Shown here piece by piece: positions 41,801-54,138 of a stretch of 64,000 nucleotides of DNA. Both the position numbers and the translations under genes were made by a program. Within the stretch, counting starts at the first letter, position 1; every line of letters begins with the position of its first letter. Below the pieces are notes generated by a model. The model ran no database searches. It was not told the origin of the DNA and saw only the letters and a list, made by a program, of their open reading frames with translations. Origin of the DNA: Azolla caroliniana (lineage: Eukaryota; Plantae; Polypodiophyta); contig JBHGNT010000032.1 in assembly GCA_043228905.1 (NCBI GenBank), forward strand, positions 62,001 through 126,000. Direction: 5' to 3'.

Positions 41801-43466
41801 GCGTTGTTGGCTTCGATTCGCATGTTTGAACACAAAAATCCGATATCACACGAGCCAGGTATGAACATTTTAATTTACTCAAGGGCTCCTCTCAACTCCC
41901 TCCTCAAGTTTGCTATTTTCGTCATGTCTCTCGACCTGAGTTTGAAATTCTTGATTTTTTAATTCCATATCATAGCTAGCGTTGTTAGCTTCGATTTGCA
42001 TGTTTGAACACAAAAATCCGATATCACACGACCCAGGTATGAACATTTTAATATACTCAAGGGCTCCTCTCAACTCCCTCCTCAAGTTTGCTATTTTCTT
42101 CATGTCTCTCGACCTGAGTTTCAAAATCTTGATTCTTTTATTCCATATCATAGCTAGCGTTTCAAGCTTCGATTTGCATGTTTGAACACAAAAATCCGAT
42201 ATCACACGAGCCAGGTATGAACATTTTAATTTACTCAAGGGCTCCTCTCAACTCCCTCCTCAAGTTTGTTATTTTCGTCATGTCTCTCGACCTGAGTTTC
42301 AAAATCTTGATTTTTTAATTCCATATCATACCTCACGTAGTTGGCTTCGATTCGCATGTTAGAACACAAAAATCCGATATCACACGAGGCAGGTATGAAC
42401 ATTTTAATTACTTAAGGGCTCCTCTCAACTCCCTCCTCAAGTTTGCTATTTTCGTCATGTCTCTCGACCTGAGTTTCAAAATCTTGATTTTTTAATTCCA
42501 TATCATAGCTAGCGTTGTTGGCTTCGATTCGCATGTTTGAACACAAAAATCCGATATCACACGAGCCAGGTATGAACATTTTAATTTACTCAAGGGCTCC
42601 TCTCAACTCCCTCCTCAAGTTTGCTATTTTCGTCATGTATCTCGACCTGAGTTTGAAATTCTTGATTTTTTAATTCCATATCATAGCTAGCGTCGTTAGC
42701 TTCGATTTGCATGTTTGAACACAAAAATCCGATATCACACGACCCAGGTATGAACATTTTAATCTACTCAAGGGCTCCTCTCAACTCCCTCCTCAAGTTT
42801 GCTATTTTCATCATGTCTCTCGACCTGAGTTTCAAAATCTTGATTTTTTAATTCCATATCATAGCTAGCGTTTCAAGCTTCGATTTGCATGTTTGAACAC
42901 AAAAATCCGATATCACACGAGCTAGGTATGAACATTTTAATTTACTCAAGGGCTCCTCTCAACTCCCTCCTCAAGTTTGCTATTTTCGTCATGTCTCTTG
43001 ACCTGAGTTTCAAAATCTTGATTTTTTAATTCCATATCATACCTCACGTAGTTGGCTTCGATTCGCATGTTTGAACACAAAAATCCGATATCACACGAGC
43101 CAGGTATGAACATTTTAATTACTTAAGGGCTCCTCTCAACTCCCTCCTCAAGTTTGCTATTTTCGTCATGTCTCTCGACCTGAGTTTCAAAATCTTGATT
43201 TTTTAATTCCATATCATAGCTAGCGTTTCAAGCATCGATTTGCATGTTTGAACACAAAAATCCGATATCACACGAGCCAGGTATGAACATTTTAATTTAC
43301 TCAAGGGCTCCTCTCAACTCCCTCCTCAAGTTTGCTATTTTCGTCATGTCTCTCGACCTGAGTTTGAAATTCTTGATTTTTTAATTCCATATCATAGCTA
43401 GCGTCGTTAGCTTCGATTTGCATGTTTGAACACAAAAATCCGATATCACACGACCCAGGTATGAAC

Positions 43467-46230
43467 ATTTTAATCTACTCAAGGGCTCCTCTCAACTCCC
43501 TCCTCAAGTTTGCTATTTTCATCATGTCTCTCGACCTGAGTTTCAAAATCTTGATTTTTTAATTCCATATCATAGCTAGCGTTTCAAGCTTCGATTTGCA
43601 TGTTTGAACACAAAAATCCGATATCACACGAGCTAGGTATGAACATTTTAATTTACTCAAGGGCTCCTCTCAACTCCCTCCTCAAGTTTGCTATTTTCGT
43701 CATGTCTCTTGACCTGAGTTTCAAAATCTTGATTTTTTAATTCCATATCATACCTCACATAGTTGGCTTCGATTCGCATGTTTGAACACAAAAATCCGAT
43801 ATCACACGAGCCAGGTATGAACATTTTAATTACTTAAGGGCTCCTCTCAACTCCCTCCTCAAGTTTGCTATTTTCGTCATGTCTCTCGACCTGAGTTTCA
43901 AAATCTTGATTTTTTAATTCCATATCATAGCTAGCGTTTCAAGAATCGATTTGCATGTTTGAACACAAAAATCCGATATCACACGAGCCAGGTATGAACA
44001 TTTTTATTTACTCAAGGGCTCCTCTCAACTCCCTCCTCAAGTTTGCTATTTTCGTCATGTCTCTCGACCTGAGCTTCAAAATCTTGATTTTATAATTCCA
44101 TATCATAGCTCGCGTTGTTGGCTTCGATTCGCATGTTTGAACACAAAAATCCGATATCACACGAGCCAGGTATGAACATTTTAATTTACTCAAGGGCTCC
44201 TCTCAACTCCCTCCTCAAGTTTGCTATTTTCGTCATGTCTCTCGACCTGAGTTTGAAATTCTTGATTTTTTAATTCCATATCATAGCTAGCGTCGTTAGC
44301 TTCGATTTGCATGTTTGAACACAAAAATCCGATATCACACGACCCAGGTATGAACATTTTAATCTACTCAAGGGCTCCTCTCAACTCCCTCCTCAAGTTT
44401 GCTATTTTCATCATGTCTCTCGACCTGAGTTTCAAAATCTTGATTCTTTAATTCCATATCATAGCTCGCGTTGTTGGCTTCGATTTGCATGTTTGAACAC
44501 AAAAATCCGATATCACACGAGCCAGGTATGAACATTTTAATTTACTCAAGGGCTCCTCTCAACTCCCTCCTCAAGTTTGCTATTTTCGTCATGTCTCTCG
44601 ACCTGAGTTTCAAAATCTTGATTTTTTAATTCCATATCATACCTCACGTAGTCGGCTTCGATTCGCATGTTTGAACACAAAAAGCCGATATCACACGAGC
44701 CAGGTATGAACATTTTAATTACTTAACGGCTCCTCTCAACTCACTCCTCAAGTTTGCTATTTTCGTCATGTCTCTCGACCTGAGTTTGAAATTCTTGATT
44801 TTTTAATTCCATATCATACCTGACGTAGTTGGCTTCGATTCGCATGTTTGAACACAAAAATCCGATATCACACGACCCAGGTATGAACATTTTAATCTAC
44901 TCAAGGGCTCCTCTCAACTCCCTCCTCAAGTTTGCTATTTTCATCATGTCTCTCGACCTGAGTTTCAAAATCTTGATTTTTTAATTCCATATCATAGCTA
45001 GCGTTTCAAGCTTCGATTTGCATGTTTGAACACAAAAATCCGATATCACACGAGCTAGGTATGAACATTTTAATTTACTCAAGGGCTCCTCTCAACTCCC
45101 TCCTCAAGTTTGCTATTTTCGTCATGTCTCTTGACCTGAGTTTCAAAATCTTGATTTTTTAATTCCATATCATACCTCACGTAGTTGGCTTCGATTCGCA
45201 TGTTTGAACACAAAAATCCGATATCACACGAGCCAGGTATGAACATTTTAATTACTTAAGGGCTCCTCTCAACTCCCTCCTCAAGTTTGCTATTTTCGTC
45301 ATGTCTCTCGACCTGAGTTTCAAAATCTTGATTTTTTAATTCCATATCATAGCTAGCGTTTCAAGAATCGATTTGCATGTTTGAACACAAAAATCCGATA
45401 TCACACGAGCCAGGTATGAACATTTTTATTTACTCAAGGGCTCCTCTCAACTCCCTCCTCAAGTTTGCTATTTTCGTCATGTCTCTCGACCTGAGCTTCA
45501 AAATCTTGATTTTATAATTCCATATCATAGCTCGCGTTGTTGGCTTCGATTCGCATGTTTGAACACAAAAATCCGATATCACACGAGCCAGGTATGAACA
45601 TTTTAATTTACTCAAGGGCTCCTCTCAACTCCCTCCTCAAGTTTGCTATTTTCGTCATGTCTCTCGACCTGAGTTTGAAATTCTTGATTTTTTAATTCCA
45701 TATCATAGCTAGCGTCGTTAGCTTCGATTTGCATGTTTGAACACAAAAATCCGATATCACACGACCCAGGTATGAACATTTTAATCTACTCAAGGGCTCC
45801 TCTCAACTCCCTCCTCAAGTTTGCTATTTTCATCATGTCTCTCGACCTGAGTTTCAAAATCTTGATTCTTTAATTCCATATCATAGCTCGCGTTGTTGGC
45901 TTCGATTTGCATGTTTGAACACAAAAATCCGATATCACACGAGCCAGGTATGAACATTTTAATTTACTCAAGGGCTCCTCTCAACTCCCTCCTCAAGTTT
46001 GCTATTTTCGTCATGTCTCTCGACCTGAGTTTCAAAATCTTGATTTTTTAATTCCATATCATACCTCACGTAGTCGGCTTCGATTCGCATGTTTGAACAC
46101 AAAAAGCCGATATCACACGAGCCAGGTATGAACATTTTAATTACTTAACGGCTCCTCTCAACTCACTCCTCAAGTTTGCTATTTTCGTCATGTCTCTCGA
46201 CCTGAGTTTGAAATTCTTGATTTTTTAATT
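43467..46230 (+). repeat. 8-monomer (1422 bp) tandem duplication
   Basis: ORFs 44008 and 45430 are 1422 apart. Private markers 'aagaatcg', 'gtagtcggc' and 'ttaacggc..tcactcc' each occur twice at +1422. Confidence 0.88.
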
Positions 46231-49200
46231 CCATAACATAGCTAGCGTTGTTAGCTTCGATTTGCATGTTTGAACACAAAAATCCGATATCACACGACCC
46301 AGGTATGAACATTTTAATCTACTCAAGGGCTCCTCTCAACTCCCTCCTCAAGTTTGCTATTTTCTTCATGTCTCTCGACCTGAGTTTCAAAATCTTGATT
46401 TTTTAATTCCATATCATAGCTAGCGTTTCAAGCTTCGATTTGCATATTTGAACACAAAAATCCGATATCACACGAGCCAGGTATGAACATTTTAATTTAC
46501 TCAAGGGCTCCTCTCAACTCCCTCCTCAAGTTTGTTATTTTCGTCATGTCTCTCGACCTGAGTTTCAAAATCTTGATTTTTTAATTCCATATCATACCTC
46601 ACGTAGTTGGCTTCGATTCGCATGTTTGAACACAAAAATCCGATATCACACGAGCCAGGTATGAACATTTTAATTTACTCAAGGGCTCCTCTCAACTCCC
46701 TCCTCAAGTTTGCTATTTTCGTCATGTCTCTCGACCTGAGTTTGAAATTCTTGATTTTTTAATTCCATATCATAGCTAGCGTCGTTAGCTTCGATTTGCA
46801 TGTTTGAACACAAAAATCCGATATCACACGACCCAGGTATGAACATTTTAATCTACTCAAGGGCTCCTCTCAACTCCCTCCTCAAGTTTGCTATTTTCTT
46901 CATGTCTCTCGACCTGAGTTTCAAAATCTTGATTTTTTAATTCCATATCATAGCTAGCGTTTCAAGCTTCGATTTGCATGTTTGAACACAAAAATCCGAT
47001 ATCACACGACCCAGGTATGAACATTTTAATCTACTCAAGGGCTCCTCTCAACTCCCTCCTCAAGTTTGCTATTTTCTTCATGTCTCTCGACCTGAGTTTC
47101 AAAATCTTGATTTTTTAATTCCATATCATACCTCACGTAGTTGGCTTCGATTCGCATGTTTGAACACAAAAATCCGATATCACACGAGCCAGGTATGAAC
47201 ATTTTAATTAACTCAAGGGCTGTTCTCAACTCACTCCTCAAGTTTGCTATTTTCTTCATGTCTCTCGACCTGAGTTTCAAAATCTTGATTCTTTAATTCC
47301 ATATCATAGCTAGCGTTTCAAGCTTCGATTTGCATGTTTGAACACAAAAATCCGATATCACACGAGCCAGGTATGAACACTTTAATTTACTCAAGGGCTC
47401 CTCTCAACTCCCTCCTCAAGTTTGCTATTTTCGTCATGTCTCTTGACCTGAGTTTCAAAATCTTGATTTTTTAATTCCATATCATACCTCACGTAGTTGG
47501 CTTCGATTCGCATGTTTGAACACAACAATCCGATATCACACGAGCCAGGTATGAACATTTTAATTACTTAAGGGCTCCTCTCATCTCCCTCCTCAAGTTT
47601 GCTATTTTCGTCATGTCGCTCGACCTGAGTTTCAAAATCTTGATTTTTTAATTCCATATCATAGCTAGCGTTTCAAGCTTCGATTTGCATGTTTGAACAC
47701 AAAAATCCGATATCACACGAGCCAGGTATGAACATTTTTATTTACTCAAGGGCTCCTCTCAACTCCCTCCTCAAGTTTGCTATTTTCGTCATGTCTCTCG
47801 ACCTGATCTTCAAAATCTTGATTTTATAATTCCATATCATAGCTCGCGTTGTTGGCTTCGATTCGCATGTTTGAACACAAAAATCCGATATCACACGAGC
47901 CAGGTATGAACATTTTAATTTACTCAAGGGCTCCTCTCAACTCCCTCCTCAAGTTTGCTATTTTCGTCATGTCTCTCGACCTGAGTTTGAAATTCTTGAT
48001 TTTTTAATTCCATATCATAGCTAGCGTCGTTAGCTTCGATTTGCATGTTTGAACACAAAAATCCGATATCACACGACCCAGGTATGAACATTTTAATCTA
48101 CTCAAGGGCTCCTCTCAACTCCCTCCTCAAGTTTGCTATTTTCATCATGTCTCTCGACCTGAGTTTCAAAATCTTGATTCTTTAATTCCATATCATAGCT
48201 CGCGTTGTTGGCTTCGATTTGCATGTTTGAACACAAAAATCCGATATCACACGAGCCAGGTATGAACATTTTAATTTACTCAAGGGCTCCTCTCAACTCC
48301 CTCCTCAAGTTTGCTATTTTCGTCATGTCTCTCGACCTGAGTTTCAAAATCTTGATTTTTTAATTCCATATCATACCTCACGTAGTTGGCTTCGATTCGC
48401 ATGTTTGAACACAAAAAGCCGATATCACACGAGCCAGGTATGAACATTTTAATTACTTAAGGGCTCCTCTCAACTCCCTCCTCAAGTTTGCTATTTTCGT
48501 CATGTCTCTCGACCTGAGTTTCAAAATCTTGATTAGTTTAATTCCATATCATACCTCACGTAGTTGGCTTCGATTCGCATGTTTGAACACAAAAATCCGA
48601 TATCACACGAGCCAGGTATGAACATTTTAATTAACTCAAGGGCTGTTCTCAACTCACTCCTCAAATTTGCTATTTTCGTCATGTCTCTCGACCTGAGTTT
48701 CAAAATCTTGATTTTTTAATTCCATATCATAGCTCGCGTTGTTGGCTTCGATTCGCATGTTTGAACACAAAAATCCGATATCACACGAGCCAGGTATGAA
48801 AATTTTAATTTACTCAAGGGCTCCTCTCAACTCCCTCCTCAAGTTTGCTATTTTCGTCATGTCTCTCGACCTGAGTTTGAAATTCTTGATTTTTTAATTC
48901 CATATCATAGCTAGCGTTGTTAGCTTCGATTTGCATGTTTGAACACAAAAATCCGATATCACACGACCCAGGTATGAACATTTTAATCTACTCAAGGGCT
49001 CCTCTCAACTCCCTCCTCAAGTTTGCTATTTTCTTCATGTCTCTCGACCTGAGTTTCAAAATCTTGATTTTTTAATTCCATATCATACCTCACGTAGTTG
49101 GCTTCGATTCGCATGTTTGAACACAAAAATCCGATATCACACGAGCCAGGTATGAACATTTTAATTAACTCAAGGGCTGTTCTCAACTCACTCCTCAAAT

Positions 49201-49335
49201 TTGCTATTTTCGTCATGTCTCTCGACCTGAGTTTCAAAATCTTGATTTTTTAATTCCATATCATAGCTCGCGTTGTTGGCTTCGATTCGCATGTTTGAAC
49301 ACAAAAATCCGATATCACACGAGCCAGGTATGAAC

Positions 49336-52300
49336 ATTTTAATTTACTCAAGGGCTCCTCTCAACTCCCTCCTCAAGTTTGCTATTTTCGTCATGTCTCT
49401 CGACCTGAGTTTGAAATTCTTGATTTTTTAATTCCATATCATAGCTAGCGTTGTTAGCTTCGATTTGCATGTTTGAACACAAAAATCCGATATCACACGA
49501 CCCAGGTATGAACATTTTAATCTACTCAAGGGCTCCTCTCAACTCCCTCCTCAAGTTTGCTATTTTCTTCATGTCTCTCGACCTGAGTTTCAAAATCTTG
49601 ATTTTTTAATTCCATATCATAGCTAGCGTTTCAAGCTTCGATTTGCATGTTTGAACACAAAAATCCGATATCACACGAGCCAGGTATGAACATTTTAATT
49701 TACTCAAGGGCTCCTCTCAACTCCCTCCTCAAGTTTGTTATTTTCGTCATGTCTCTCGACCTGAGTTTCAAAATCTTGATTTTTTAATTCCATATCATAC
49801 CTCACGTAGTTGGCTTCGATTCGCATGTTTGAACACAAAAATCCGATATCACACGAGCCAGGTATGAACATTTTAATTTACTCAAGGGCTCCTCTCAACT
49901 CCCTCCTCAAGTTTGCTATTTTCGTCATGTATCTCGACCTGAGTTTGAAATTCTTGATTTTTTAATTGCATATCTTAGCTAGCGTTGTTAGCTTCGATTC
50001 GCATGTTTGAACACAAAAATCCGATATCACACGAGCCAGGTATGAACATTTTAATTTACTCAAGGGCTGTTCTCAACTCACTCTTCAAATTTGCTATTTT
50101 CGTCATGTCTCTCGACCTGAGTTTCAAAATCTTGATTTTATAATTCCATATCATAGCTCGCGTTGTTGGCTTCAATTCGCATGTTTGAACACAAAAATCC
50201 GATATCACACGAGCCAGGTATGAACATTTTAATTTACTCAAGGGCTCCTCTCAACTCCCTCCTCAAGTTTGCTATTTTCGTCATGTCTCTCGACCTGAGT
50301 TTGAAATTCTTGATTTTTTAATTCCATATCATAGCTAGCGTCGTTAGCTTCGATTTGCATGTTTGAACACAAAAATCCGATATCACACGACCCAGGTATG
50401 AACATTTTAATCTACTCAAGGGCTCCTCTCAACTCCCTTCTCAAGTTTGCTATTTTCTTCATGTCTCTCGACCTGAGTTTCAAAATCTTGATTCTTTAAT
50501 TCCATATCATAGCTAGCGTTTCAAGCTTCGATTTGCATGTTTGAACACAAAAATCCGATATCACACGAGCCAGGTATGAACACTTTAATTTACTCAAGGG
50601 CTCCTCTCAACTCCCTCCTCAAGTTTGCTATTTTCGTCATGTCTCTTGACCTGAGTTTCAAAATCTTGATTTTTTAATTTCATATCATACCTCACGTAGT
50701 TGGCTTCGATTCGCATGTTTGAACACAAAAATCCGATATCACACGAGCCAGGTATGAACATTTTAATTACATAAGGGCTTCTCTCAACCCCCTCCTCAAG
50801 TTTGCTATTTTCGTCATGTCTCTCGACCTGAGTTTCAAAATCTTGATTTTTTAATTCCATATCATAGCTCGCGTTGTTGGCTTCGATTCGCATGTTTGAA
50901 CACAAAAATCCGATATCACACGAGCCAGGTATGAACATTTTAATTTACTCAAGGGCTCCTCTCAACTCCCTGCTCAAGTTTGCTATTTTCGTCATGTCTC
51001 TCGACCTGAGTTTGAAATTCTTGATTTTTTAATTCCATATCATAGCTAGCGTTGTTAGCTTCGATTTGCATGTTTGAACACAAAAATCCGATATCACACG
51101 ACCCAGGTATGAACATTTTAATCTACTCAAGGGCTCCTCTCAACTCCCTCCTCAAGTTTGCTATTTTCTTCATGTCTCTCGACCTGAGTTTCAAAATCTT
51201 GATTTTTTAATTCCATATCATAGCTAGCGTTTCAAGCTTCGATTTGCATGTTTGAACACAAAAATCCGATATCACACGAGCCAGGTATGAACATTTTAAT
51301 TTACTCAAGGGCTCCTCTCAACTCCCTCCTCAAGTTTGTTATTTTCGTCATGTCTCTCGACCTGAGTTTCAAAATCTTGATTTTTTAATTCCATATCATA
51401 CCTCACGTAGTTGGCTTCAATTCGCATGTTTGAACACAAAAATCCGATATCACACGAGCCAGGTATGAACATTTTAATTTACTCAAGGGCTCCTCTCAAC
51501 TCCCTCCTCAAGTTTGCTATTTTCGTCATGTATCTCGACCTGAGTTTGAAATTCTTGATTTTTTAATTGCATATCTTAGCTAGCGTTGTTAGCTTCGATT
51601 CGCATGTTTGAACACAAAAATCCGATATCACACGAGCCAGGTATGAACATTTTAATTTACTCAAGGGCTGTTCTCAACTCACTCTTCAAATTTGCTATTT
51701 TCGTCATGTCTCTCGACCTGAGTTTCAAAATCTTGATTTTATAATTCCATATCATAGCTCGCGTTGTTGGCTTCAATTCGCATGTTTGAACACAAAAATC
51801 CGATATCACACGAGCCAGGTATGAACATTTTAATTTACTCAAGGGCTCCTCTCAACTCCCTCCTCAAGTTTGCTATTTTCGTCATGTCTCTCGACCTGAG
51901 TTTGAAATTCTTGATTTTTTAATTCCATATCATAGCTAGCGTCGTTAGCTTCGATTTGCATGTTTGAACACAAAAATCCGATATCACACGACCCAGGTAT
52001 GAACATTTTAATCTACTCAAGGGCTCCTCTCAACTCCCTTCTCAAGTTTGCTATTTTCTTCATGTCTCTCGACCTGAGTTTCAAAATCTTGATTCTTTAA
52101 TTCCATATCATAGCTAGCGTTTCAAGCTTCGATTTGCATGTTTGAACACAAAAATCCGATATCACACGAGCCAGGTATGAACACTTTAATTTACTCAAGG
52201 GCTCCTCTCAACTCCCTCCTCAAGTTTGCTATTTTCGTCATGTCTCTTGACCTGAGTTTCAAAATCTTGATTTTTTAATTCCATATCATACCTCACGTAG

Positions 52301-54138
52301 TTGGCTTCGATTCGCATGTTTGAACACAAAAATCCGATATCACACGAGCCAGGTATGAACATTTTAATTACATAAGGGCTCCTCTCAACTCCCTCCTCAA
52401 GTTTGCTATTTTCGTCATGTCTCTCGACCTGAGTTTCAAAATCTTGATTTTTTAATTCCATATCATAGCTCGCGTTGTTGGCTTCGATTCGCATGTTTGA
52501 ACACAAAAATCCGATATCACACGAGCCAGGTATGAACATTTTAATTTACTCAAGGGCTCCTCTCAACTCCCTCCTCAAGTTTGCTATTTTCGTCATGTCT
52601 CTCGACCTGAGTTTGAAATTCTTGATTTTTTAATTCCATATCATAGCTAGCGTTGTTAGCTTCGATTTGCATGTTTGAACACAAAAATCCGATATCACAC
52701 GACCCAGGTATGAACATTTTAATCTACTCAAGGGCTCCTCTCAATTCCCTCCTCAAGTTTGCTATTTTCTTCATGTCTCTCGACCTGAGTTTCAAAATCT
52801 TGATTTTTTAATTCCATATCATAGCTAGCGTTTCAAGCTTCGATTTGCATGTTTGAACACAAAAATCCGATATCACACGAGCCAGGTATGAACATTTTAA
52901 TTTACTCAAGGGCTCCTCTCAACTCCCTCCTCAAGTTTGTTATTTTCGTCATGTCTCTCGACCTGAGTTTCAAAATCTTGATTTTTTAATTCCATATCAT
53001 ACCTCACGTAGTTGGCTTCGATTCGCATGTTTGAACACAAAAATCCGATATCACACGAGCCAGGTATGAACATTTTAATTTACTCAAGGGCTCCTCTCAA
53101 CTCCCTCCTCAAGTTTGCTATTTTCGTCATGTATCTCGACCTGAGTTTGAAATTCTTGATTTTTTAATTGCATATCTTAGCTAGCGTTGTTAGCTTCGAT
53201 TCGCATGTTTGAACACAAAAATCCGATATCACACGAGCCAGGTATGAACATTTTAATTTACTCAAGGGCTGTTCTCAACTCACTCTTCAAATTTGCTATT
53301 TTCGTCATGTCTCTCGACCTGAGTTTCAAAATCTTGATTTTATAATTCCATATCATAGCTCGCGTTGTTGGCTTCAATTCGCATGTTTGAACACAAAAAT
53401 CCGATATCACACGAGCCAGGTATGAACATTTTAATTTACTCAAGGGCTCCTCTCAACTCCCTCCTCAAGTTTGCTATTTTCGTCATGTCTCTCGACCTGA
53501 GTTTGAAATTCTTGATTTTTTAATTCCATATCATAGCTAGCGTCGTTAGCTTCGATTTGCATGTTTGAACACAAAAATCCGATATCACACGACCCAGGTA
53601 TGAACATTTTAATCTACTCAAGGGCTCCTCTCAACTCCCTTCTCAAGTTTGCTATTTTCTTCATGTCTCTCGACCTGAGTTTCAAAATCTTGATTCTTTA
53701 ATTCCATATCATAGCTAGCGTTTCAAGCTTCGATTTGCATGTTTGAACACAAAAATCCGATATCACACGAGCCAGGTATGAACACTTTAATTTACTCAAG
53801 GGCTCCTCTCAACTCCCTCCTCAAGTTTGCTATTTTCGTCATGTCTCTTGACCTGAGTTTCAAAATCTTGATTTTTTAATTCCATATCATACCTCACGTA
53901 GTTGGCTTCGATTCGCATGTTTGAACACAAAAATCCGATATCACACGAGCCAGGTATGAACATTTTAATTACATAAGGGCTCCTCTCAACTCCCTCCTCA
54001 AGTTTGCTATTTTCGTCATGTCTCTCGACCTGAGTTTCAAAATCTTGATTTTTTAATTCCATATCATAGCTAGCGTTTCAAGCTTCGATTTGCATGTTTG
54101 AACACAAAAATCCGATATCACACGAGCCAGGTATGAAC
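49336..54138 (+). repeat. 9-monomer (1601 bp) higher-order repeat, three tandem copies (starts 49336, 50937, 52538)
   Basis: ORF triplets 50056/51657/53258 and 50594/52195/53796 are spaced by 1601. Marker order is gaaattc, ctac, gtttgtt, gtatc, actcttc, gtcgttag, cccttctc, ctcttgac, tacataag. Confidence 0.92.

Noticed and set aside
11163-42185. Three plus-strand ORFs (11163, 40399, 41982)
   Set aside because: Each is created by a private SNP or indel that removes a stop codon or creates a start within a monomer, so they are spurious.
47035-49237. Apparent 11-mer duplication suggested by ORFs 47035 and 48992 (+1957)
   Set aside because: Only about 1.3 monomers match. The following monomers (47211 vs 49158 onward) are of different types, so this is not a full tandem duplication.
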